Shown one piece after another: positions 56,707 to 64,000 of a stretch of 64,000 bases of DNA (within the stretch, counting starts at the first letter, position 1; each line of letters opens with the position of its first letter). The translations under genes were made by a program, and so were the position numbers. The DNA is taken from assembly GCA_965224025.1 (NCBI GenBank), contig OZ245033.1:3808001-3872000 (forward strand). Direction: 5' to 3'. Below the pieces are notes generated by a model, which was not told the origin of the DNA, searched no databases, and worked only from the letters and a program-made list of their open reading frames with translations. The DNA comes from Candidatus Multivorans sp. (GTDB lineage Bacteria > Acidobacteriota > Thermoanaerobaculia > Multivoradales > Multivoraceae).

Positions 56707-57966
56707 CTAGTCGCCGGAGCTGACCAGGACGATGCAATCGGCCAGCAGGCCGGTCGCCGTCTCGATCTCGTCGAGAGAGGGCAGCGTCGGGGCGATGCGG
56801 ATGTTCCGGTCCTGCGGGTCGAGGCCGTAGGGGAAGGTGGCGCCGGCGGGCGTCAGCCTGACGCCCGCTTCACCCGCCATCTCGACCACCGCCCGCGCGC
56901 AACCGAGCGCCGTGTCCAGGCTCACGAAGTAGCCGCCCCGAGGCCGGCTCCAGGAAGCGATCCCGAGGCCGCCGAGGCGCTCGTCGAGCACCCGAAGCAC
57001 GGCCTCGAACTTGGGCCGGATCAGGTCCGCGTGCCCCTTCATGTGATCCCGCACCGCCGAGACGGCGCCGTTGAAGAAACGGACGTGCGCGAGCTGGTTC
57101 AGCTTGTTGGGGCCGATCGTCTGAACCGAGCGGAACGCCCGGATCCAGGCGCAGTTTCTCGGACTCGCGGCCACCGCGGCCAGACCCGAGCCACCAAACG
57201 TGACCTTGGAGAAAGACGAGACGAGCAGCGCCCGATCCTCGTTGGCGTGAGCCGCGCAGCGGTCGTAGAGGCTGGCCAGCCGATCCGGTTCACCGTCGAA
57301 GGCGTGCAGCGCGTAGGCGTCGTCCCAGATGACCCGGAAGTCCGGCGCCGCGGTGCGCATGGAGGCAATCGCCTCGACCACGTCGTCCGAGTACGTGACG
57401 CCGGTCGGGTTGCTGTAGCGCGGCACGCAGAACATCCCCTTGACGTTCGGGTCCGAACCCGCGAGGCGAGCGACTTCGTCCACATCGGGGCCGTCGTCGC
57501 CCATGGCAACCAGCAGCATCTCGATGCCATAGCGCTCGAGGACCGCGAAGTGGCGATCGTAGCCGGGACACGGACAGAGGAACTTGACCGGCGTCGATCG
57601 CTTGGGGCCACCCCACGGGTCACCGCCGGGTACACCCATCAGCATCGCCTGCACGACAAGATCGTGCATCCACTGCAGGCTGGCGTTGCCGCCGACGAAG
57701 ACGAGCGCCGGATCGACACCCAGGATCTCGCCGAAGAGCGCCCGCATCTCCGGCAGACCACGGGGGTCTCCGCCGTAGTTCCTGCAGTCCGTGCCGTCGG
57801 CGGCGGGACTGTCCTCCCGCGCAACCGACCCCAGCAGGCCGTGCGAGCGGGCAAGCTGCTCCGGCGACGGTTTGCCGCGGGTCATGTCGAGGCTGAGACC
57901 AGCCGCCCGGGCCGCCGCATAGCGGTCGCGCGCCGCTTCGACGACGGCAGGATCGGTGGCCGTCAC
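56707..57966 (-). CDS. PLP-dependent class I/II aminotransferase (actinobacterial AspAT-like)
   Basis: LDMTRGKPS, RNYG, PGYDRHF, VPRYSNPTG, SKVTF, PRGGYF, NIRIAPT. Confidence 0.85.
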   Translation of the reverse strand: MTATDPAVVEAARDRYAAARAAGLSLDMTRGKPSPEQLARSHGLLGSVAREDSPAADGTDCRNYGGDPRGLPEMRALFGEILGVDPALVFVGGNASLQWMHDLVVQAMLMGVPGGDPWGGPKRSTPVKFLCPCPGYDRHFAVLERYGIEMLLVAMGDDGPDVDEVARLAGSDPNVKGMFCVPRYSNPTGVTYSDDVVEAIASMRTAAPDFRVIWDDAYALHAFDGEPDRLASLYDRCAAHANEDRALLVSSFSKVTFGGSGLAAVAASPRNCAWIRAFRSVQTIGPNKLNQLAHVRFFNGAVSAVRDHMKGHADLIRPKFEAVLRVLDERLGGLGIASWSRPRGGYFVSLDTALGCARAVVEMAGEAGVRLTPAGATFPYGLDPQDRNIRIAPTLPSLDEIETATGLLADCIVLVSSGD

Positions 57967-57970
57967 GCCC

Positions 57971-59155
57971 CTACTCTCCGGCTGCCGCCGCGGCATCGTA
58001 GGTGATCCGGTAGATCACGCCGCGCATGTCGTCCGAGACGAGCAGCGATCCGTCGGCGCGCTCCATCACGTCGACCGGCCGGCCCCACGATTCTTCGTCC
58101 TGGAGCCAACCGGTGGCGAACTCCTCGTACCCCGTGGCCCGGCCGTCACTGTCGACACGGACCACCATGACCCGGAATCCGATCTTCTGGCTACGGTTCC
58201 AGGAACCGTGCTCGGCAATGAAGATCTGCCCGCGGTAGCGCTCGGGAAAGGCGCTGCCGAGGTAGAAGCGCATGCCCACGGCTGCCACGTGAGGGTCGAG
58301 GTCGAGAGCCGGCGGCACAAGTTCGCCGCACGGACGCTTGTCGCCGAACTCCGGATCGGCGATGTCCCGGCCGTGACAGTACGGGTAACCGAAGTGCTGG
58401 CCGTCCTCGGTCAGCACGTTCAGCTCGTCGGGCGGGACATCGTCTCCCATCATGTCCCGGCCGTTGTCCGTGAACCACAGTTCGCCGGTGTCGGGATGCC
58501 AGTCGAAGCCGACCGTGTTGCGGACGCCGCGCGCCACGACCTCGGCGTCCCCGTTGGGATCCAGGCGCAGGATGGTGGCGAAAGGATCACCCTCGTCGCA
58601 GATGTTGCACGGCGCGCCGACCGGGACGTAGAGCCGGCCGTCGGGCCCGAAGCGGATGAACTTCCAGCCGTGGTGCCGCCTGTCCGGGAGATCGGCGGTC
58701 ACGACGACAGGTTCGGGCGGCGCGTTCAGGCGGCCGTCGATGTCGTCCAGGCGCACGATGCGGTTGATTTCGGCCACGTAGAGGTCGCCGCCGTGGAACG
58801 CGACGCCGTTCGGTCGGTTCAGGCCCGAAGCCACCTCGTAGCGCCGGTCCGCCTTGCCGTCACCGTCCTCGTCGACGACCGCGTAGACGGCGTCGCTCTG
58901 ACGGAGCCCGCCGGTGCCGACGAAGACGGCCCCGGATGGGCTCTGCGCCAGGGACCGCGCGAGATCGATGCCGGAGGCGAACACGCCGATGGAGAACCCG
59001 GCCGGCAGCTCGATCTCGTCCAGACGAAGTGCCTCGTCGTCGGCCGCGGAGACGGTCCCGGCGAGGATGGCGAGGAGCACGAGGAACACGGACCAACGAA
59101 GAGCAGCGCCATGGGAGCAGGACCGGCTGCGCGGTTCCAAGACTGTGCGGAGCAT
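57971..59155 (-). CDS. PQQ-dependent glucose/sorbosone dehydrogenase family protein
   Basis: LPAGFSI, HGWKFIRFGPDG, GAPCN.C, GVRNTVGFDWHP, AEHGSWNRS, GRPVDV. Confidence 0.88.
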   Translation of the reverse strand: MLRTVLEPRSRSCSHGAALRWSVFLVLLAILAGTVSAADDEALRLDEIELPAGFSIGVFASGIDLARSLAQSPSGAVFVGTGGLRQSDAVYAVVDEDGDGKADRRYEVASGLNRPNGVAFHGGDLYVAEINRIVRLDDIDGRLNAPPEPVVVTADLPDRRHHGWKFIRFGPDGRLYVPVGAPCNICDEGDPFATILRLDPNGDAEVVARGVRNTVGFDWHPDTGELWFTDNGRDMMGDDVPPDELNVLTEDGQHFGYPYCHGRDIADPEFGDKRPCGELVPPALDLDPHVAAVGMRFYLGSAFPERYRGQIFIAEHGSWNRSQKIGFRVMVVRVDSDGRATGYEEFATGWLQDEESWGRPVDVMERADGSLLVSDDMRGVIYRITYDAAAAAGE

Positions 59156-59226
59156 GCTGTAACTCCTGAGGTGTGTTGAGCTGTGACGCCCGGAACTGAA
59201 GAGTCGGGCAATTCGAAGCGCCGAGA

Positions 59227-60819
59227 CTATCGGCTGCAACTGTCGGGGAAGGCCCTGGCGTCCGTGATCGCCGCGGCGGGCTGTTCGGGGTCGTTCCGGT
59301 ACTCCTTGACGGCGCCCGTGGCCGTGTTCCTCACCCGGATCGCGTAACCCAGATCCGTCGTCGACGCTCCGTACACCCAGTAGTGACCGTTGACCGCGCA
59401 GCCGTTCAGCACCTTGATCAGGATCTCCCAGTTCTCGGAATCGAAGAATCGGAACAGGCCGGAGTCCTGCGTCGCCTCCGGCACAACCAGGGCCGAACCC
59501 GTCTCTCCGTCGCCACTCCACCACTCCACCCGAACCTCGTAGCGGTCGTCGTGCAGGCAGAGCGTCTCCGCGCTCGGCTTGCAGGGACCATCGGTTGGAG
59601 GCGGGTCGGGATCGGCGTCCGGCTCGGGATCAGGGTCGGGGCCTGGATCAGGGTCGGGGTCCGGATCGGGCTCGGGGTCCGGCTCCGGGTTGCTCCCGGA
59701 CCCATGGTCGATGCGATAGACCGCTCCGAGCCGGTCGTCCGAGACCAGCAACGAGCCGTCGGCACGCACCATCACGTCGACCGGCCTCCCCCAGGCCGAG
59801 CCGTTCTGAAGCCAGCCGGTGGCGAACTCCTCGTAAGCCGTGGGCCGCCCGGCGCTGTTCAGCCGAACCACCATGACCCGGTAGCCGATCTTCCGGCTGC
59901 GGTTCCACGAGCCATGTTCGGCGATGAAGATCTGGCCGCGGTAGCGCTCCGGAAATATCGTTCCGGTATAGAAGCGCATGCCCAGCGCCGCCACGTGCGG
60001 ACCGAGTTCCTGGGCCGGTTGTCGGAACTCGGAACAGGCACGGAGCGAGCCGAATTCCGGATCGGAAATGTCTCGACCGTGGCAAAAGGGGTATCCGAAG
60101 TGCTGACCGCGCGCGGTCAACACGTTGAGTTCGTCCGGCGGCCGGTTGTCGCCCAACCAATCGCGGCCGTTGTCCGTGAACCACAGCCGCCGCGTCTCGG
60201 GATGCCAGTCGAAGCCGACGGTGTTTCGAACGCCCCGCGCCACGATCTCGTACCCGCCACCGTCGGCGGCAAGCCGCAGAATCGAGGCATAGGGCTCCTC
60301 ACGCTCGCAGACGTTGCACGGAGCCCCAACCGGAACGTAGAGCCGACCGTCCGGACCGAAACGGATGAACTTCCAGCCGTGGCTGTCATCCCTCGGCAAG
60401 TCCGCGTTCACCACGACCGGCTGCGGCGGCGAGTCCAGCCGGTTCTCGATGCCGTCGTACCGGAGTATCCGGCTGATCTCGGCCACGTAGAGGCTTCCGT
60501 TGCGGAAGGCGACTCCGTTCGGCGAGTTCAGACCCGATGCGATCTGGTACTGCTCATCCGCGACGCCGTCGTTGTCGGAATCGACCAGGGCGTAAACCAC
60601 GCCCACCTGCCGTGTTCCGACGAACACGGTGCCGCCCGGGCTTTGTGCAAGCGAACGCGCGCCCGGCACGCCGTGGGCGAAAACGCTCATCGAGAAGCCG
60701 TCAGGCAACTCGATCCGGGACAACTGCGATTGCGCGACGACCGGCGCAGCCAAGGCGACGAACGCAGCCGCCGTGAGCCGCGAGACGGGTCGGAGAGCCG
60801 GGCGAAGAGCGACATCCAC
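59227..60819 (-). CDS. Second glucose/sorbosone dehydrogenase paralogue with Pro-Asp linker and extra C-terminal domain
   Basis: Same catalytic motifs as its neighbour, then (PD/PE)n and a ~120-aa Cys-containing domain. Confidence 0.88.
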   Translation of the reverse strand: MDVALRPALRPVSRLTAAAFVALAAPVVAQSQLSRIELPDGFSMSVFAHGVPGARSLAQSPGGTVFVGTRQVGVVYALVDSDNDGVADEQYQIASGLNSPNGVAFRNGSLYVAEISRILRYDGIENRLDSPPQPVVVNADLPRDDSHGWKFIRFGPDGRLYVPVGAPCNVCEREEPYASILRLAADGGGYEIVARGVRNTVGFDWHPETRRLWFTDNGRDWLGDNRPPDELNVLTARGQHFGYPFCHGRDISDPEFGSLRACSEFRQPAQELGPHVAALGMRFYTGTIFPERYRGQIFIAEHGSWNRSRKIGYRVMVVRLNSAGRPTAYEEFATGWLQNGSAWGRPVDVMVRADGSLLVSDDRLGAVYRIDHGSGSNPEPDPEPDPDPDPDPGPDPDPEPDADPDPPPTDGPCKPSAETLCLHDDRYEVRVEWWSGDGETGSALVVPEATQDSGLFRFFDSENWEILIKVLNGCAVNGHYWVYGASTTDLGYAIRVRNTATGAVKEYRNDPEQPAAAITDARAFPDSCSR

Positions 60820-60830
60820 CGCCGGTCAAC

Positions 60831-61742
60831 CTACCAGAGCATGACCGTGACTCCGGCGACGATGGCCGCCACCGCCAGCACCTTGCGGCCCGTCAGCGCC
60901 TCGGCGAAGAAGACCCGGCCGAGCACCAGCGCCAGCACGGAGCCGATGCCCCGCTTGACCGTGTCGACGAAGCCCACCCAGGCGTGCTGGAGAGCCAGCA
61001 ACTGAAGTCCAAGGGCCGCGGCGCCGAGAACGACCCCGGCAAGAAGCAGAGTCCAGGTACGAGCCCCCGACCCTTCACGCTCGCTGCGGCCTATCGGCGG
61101 CGCCTGTCGCAGGCCGCGAAGCGCGAGCATCATCATGCAGAGGCCCACGCCGATGTGCGTAAAGAGACCATGGAAGGCGGCGTTCGAGGCTTCGACGGCG
61201 AGTTTGTCGAGCGGCAGCGCCGCCGCCCACAGGAAGGCGACCAGGACCATCCACGAGGCGCCGGCGCTCGCCCTCCAGGAACCTCGCTGATCCTCGTCGC
61301 GTCGGCGGCCGAGCTGGAGCGCCAGCGCCCCGAGCACGACCATCGCTATGCCGAGCCATGCCCGCGCATCCGGCAGCTCGCCCAGCAGTGGAATCGCCAG
61401 CAGGGACGTGAACACCGGCGTCAGCGACAGCAGGGGAACTACCGCGCTCAGCCCCGACAGCCGGACGGAACGCAGGAAGCCGTAGTTCGCACCGAGATTG
61501 CAGGCGACCGCCAACGCCGCCGGCCAGGCGTACGCGGCGTTCACTTCGGCCGGCGGTTGCAGCACTGTCCAACCGGCGTAGAGCGGCGAAGCCCCCAGCG
61601 CCAGAATCGTCACCAGCAAGGCATCGTTCAGCCGCCCGGTGAGCTTCTTGCGCAGCAGATCGAACAGTGAGAAACACAGCGCCGCGCCGACCGCCAGGAC
61701 GATGCCCAATAGCGAGACCATCCACGGCATTCCACCATGCAC
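60831..61742 (-). CDS. DMT/EamA family transporter
   Basis: About 10 hydrophobic helices, [13 protein letters not shown]. Start uncertain. Confidence 0.8.
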   Translation of the reverse strand: MHGGMPWMVSLLGIVLAVGAALCFSLFDLLRKKLTGRLNDALLVTILALGASPLYAGWTVLQPPAEVNAAYAWPAALAVACNLGANYGFLRSVRLSGLSAVVPLLSLTPVFTSLLAIPLLGELPDARAWLGIAMVVLGALALQLGRRRDEDQRGSWRASAGASWMVLVAFLWAAALPLDKLAVEASNAAFHGLFTHIGVGLCMMMLALRGLRQAPPIGRSEREGSGARTWTLLLAGVVLGAAALGLQLLALQHAWVGFVDTVKRGIGSVLALVLGRVFFAEALTGRKVLAVAAIVAGVTVMLW

Positions 61743-61826
61743 GGCAGCCAGTTATCCGTCGACCGCACTGCCCCGCTCGGCCGGCAGGCTCGGACGCCGT
61801 CCGTCAGGTGTACAATCCCGCGGCCC

Positions 61827-62678
61827 GTGACCGCCTCTGAATCACCTCCCGTCGATGCTTCGTCGGGATCCGCGGCCTCCGGCGGGCTGCTGGCCGGTCG
61901 TCGCGGTCTGATCGTCGGCGTCGCCAACAAGCGCTCGCTGGCCTGGGGCATAGCCCGGCGCGCCCACAGCGAGGGCGCGGAGCTGGCGTTCACCTTCCAG
62001 GGCGACGCCCTGGAGCGGAGGGTGCGACCGCTGGCCGCGAGCATCGGTTCCACTATCGTCGAGCCGCTCGACGTCACCGACGACGGTCAGATCGACGCGG
62101 TGTTCGCCACTCTCGCGGAACGGTGGGGCCGCCTGGACTTCCTCGTCCACTCGGTGGCCTTCGCCAACCGGGAGGACCTGCTCGGCCGCACGGTCGACAC
62201 TTCGCGCGCCGGTTTCGCGACCGCGCTCGACATCAGTTGCTACTCCCTGATCGCCCTCGCCCGCGCCGCCGAACCGCTGATGACCGACGGCGGCAGCATC
62301 ATCGCGATGACCTACTACGGCGCCACCAAGGCGACCCCCAACTACAACGTGATGGGCATCGCCAAGGCCGCACTGGAGGCTTCGATCCGCTACCTCGCGG
62401 TCGACCTGGGTCCGAAGAACATTCGCGTCCACGGCATTTCCGCCGGCCCGGTGAGGACACTGGCGGCCTCGGGAGTTTCCGGCATGCGCGGCATGCTGAA
62501 GGTCATGCCGGAACGAGCTCCCCTCGGCCGCAACATCACGGTCGACGACGTCGGCGCCACGGCCGCCTACCTGCTCTCCGATCTGAGTGCGGGAACCACC
62601 GGCGGCATCCACTTCGTCGACGCCGGCTTCAACATCACCGCGATGCGGCACCCGGACCGGGAAGCGAAGAGCGGATAG
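61827..62678 (+). CDS. fabI: Enoyl-ACP reductase
   Basis: [42 protein letters not shown]; TACAAT -10 box at 61811. Confidence 0.93.
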   Translation: MTASESPPVDASSGSAASGGLLAGRRGLIVGVANKRSLAWGIARRAHSEGAELAFTFQGDALERRVRPLAASIGSTIVEPLDVTDDGQIDAVFATLAERWGRLDFLVHSVAFANREDLLGRTVDTSRAGFATALDISCYSLIALARAAEPLMTDGGSIIAMTYYGATKATPNYNVMGIAKAALEASIRYLAVDLGPKNIRVHGISAGPVRTLAASGVSGMRGMLKVMPERAPLGRNITVDDVGATAAYLLSDLSAGTTGGIHFVDAGFNITAMRHPDREAKSG

Positions 62679-62714
62679 CAGCACACGCGGGGCCGCAACT
62701 TTGGTCCAGCGCCC

Positions 62715-62740
62715 GAAACCCTGTCAATCCGCGTGCGTAA
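62715..62740 (+). promoter_or_regulatory. Candidate ECF-sigma promoter
   Basis: GAAAC-N16-CGTAA. Confidence 0.4.
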
Positions 62741-62901
62741 ACCGGAGCAGGGCGGAGCGGCACGCTCCTCATTGCAGTGTGTGACGTCAACTGACTACCT
62801 CCCCAGTGGACAGCAGCACGCCGCTCCGCCCCTCTCGGTCCAGCATCGGAAGTCGGCCCGGAACTTGCAGTCTCGTCTCTCCGCCCTTCCGAGGAGAAGC
62901 G

Positions 62902-63555
62902 ATGACCACGACACGCCGTCACCTGTACAGGACACTACCCGTCGCCGCCGCACTTGCCGCTCTGGTCACCGCGGCCGGCTCGCCCGCCGCGGCGCAGCAA
63001 CCGCGCTTCGAGATCACGCCCTACTACGGCCATAGCTTCTTCGGCGGCTTCGAGATCGACGACTACGAGTTCGGGCGCCTCGACCTGGAACTCGACGACA
63101 CCACTGTGCAGGGACTGATCGTCGGCTTCCCGGTCCGCCGGAATCTCCACCTCGAGCTGTTCGTCAACGAGCAGCACACGAGCTTCGGGCTCGACGAAGG
63201 CCCCTTCCTCGGCGCCGCGGACCTGGGCCCGATGGACGTCTCCTACTACCACGCCGGCGTGACCTGGACCGCCCCCGTCGGCCAGGTGCGTCCCTTCGCC
63301 TCCTTCGGCGCCGGCATCACGAGACTGGCGCCGGAAAGCGACTTTCTGCCCGAGACCGAGAGTCGCTTCTCCGTCGGATTCGGCGGCGGAACCAAGATCT
63401 TCTTTACCGATCACTTCGGCCTGCGACTCGAGGCGAAACTGCTGGTCACCAGCACCGGCGACGAAGACCTGTGCTGCCACCACTGCTGCTACGAGGCGGA
63501 GCGTGACGACCTCGTCCAGGGCATCGTCAGCGCCGGATTCATCTTCGCGTTCTAG
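62902..63555 (+). CDS. Outer-membrane beta-barrel protein (8-stranded OMP type)
   Basis: Signal peptide, FEITP, RPF...GAG, GGGTKIFF..HFGLRLE, terminal Phe; GAGGAG RBS. Confidence 0.8.
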   Translation: MTTTRRHLYRTLPVAAALAALVTAAGSPAAAQQPRFEITPYYGHSFFGGFEIDDYEFGRLDLELDDTTVQGLIVGFPVRRNLHLELFVNEQHTSFGLDEGPFLGAADLGPMDVSYYHAGVTWTAPVGQVRPFASFGAGITRLAPESDFLPETESRFSVGFGGGTKIFFTDHFGLRLEAKLLVTSTGDEDLCCHHCCYEAERDDLVQGIVSAGFIFAF

Positions 63556-64000
63556 CGGGGGTCGCCAGTTCCGACGACGCCCGCCGGGCGGCCGCCGCCA
63601 GTAGCGCGCCGCCGACGAAGATGGCCTCCTCGGCGGGCGCGAAGTACGGCGTGTGGGCGCCCACGACCGGGTTGTCGGGCAGCCGTGCGCCGACCCGGAT
63701 GAAGCAGCCGGGAATCCGTTCCAGGTAGAAGGCGAAGTCCTCTCCGCCCATGTTCGCGGCCGGCAAGGGCTTGACCGCTTCGGCGCCGATCACGGAGGCC
63801 GCGGCTTCGCGCGCCCAAGCCGTAGCACGCGCGTCGTTCAGCACTGCCGGCGTACCCTGCAGCATCCGCACCCGCGCCTCGAGCCGACAGGCTAAGGCAA
63901 CCGATTCGGCGACGTGCCTGACCTCGTCCGCGAGCAGTTCACGCACCTCCGGGTCGAGCGAGCGCAGCGTGCCCTTGAGCACCGCCCTGTCCGGAATCAC
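63539..64000 (-). CDS. M20 family amidohydrolase, C-terminal part (truncated by window edge)
   Basis: IPD.A.L.GTLRS, MGGEDFAFY, H.P.F. Confidence 0.85.
   Translation of the reverse strand: MIPDRAVLKGTLRSLDPEVRELLADEVRHVAESVALACRLEARVRMLQGTPAVLNDARATAWAREAAASVIGAEAVKPLPAANMGGEDFAFYLERIPGCFIRVGARLPDNPVVGAHTPYFAPAEEAIFVGGALLAAAARRASSELATPARTRR

Noticed and set aside
59595-59690. Short tandem DNA repeats
   Set aside because: Coding Pro-Asp/Glu linker, not an independent repeat element.

Overview
High-GC bacterial chromosomal window. The gene content (Oar-type TonB-dependent receptor, paired DUF3604 proteins, Bat/MoxR operon) suggests Acidobacteriota, but this is an inference. It is mostly housekeeping and envelope genes: a PD40-amidohydrolase, the first four steps of alpha-aminoadipate lysine synthesis, moxR-DUF58-batABCDE, metB with a SAM-I riboswitch, ddl, hemW, lepA, arginase, efp-epmA, rnd, fabI and two sorbosone dehydrogenase paralogues. 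Accessory material includes an ABC-type ATPase + DUF4276 pair, an MNT with a decayed HEPN partner, a Phd-VapC TA pair, a frameshifted surface-protein gene beside an integrase remnant, and an IS110 element. The strongest result is the IS110 (45425-47044): its non-coding end reads as a complete bridge RNA, with target, donor and handshake guides matching the element's own junctions around a CC core, a circle-junction promoter, and a REP-like hairpin as target. Also notable: a candidate Lys-codon leader peptide/attenuator upstream of homocitrate synthase, a REP copy lying in-frame inside an enzyme gene, and a 245-bp multi-hairpin element with 35-bp terminal inverted repeats. No CRISPR array, rRNA or tRNA was recognised. 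All family calls are by motif recognition only; no searches were run.
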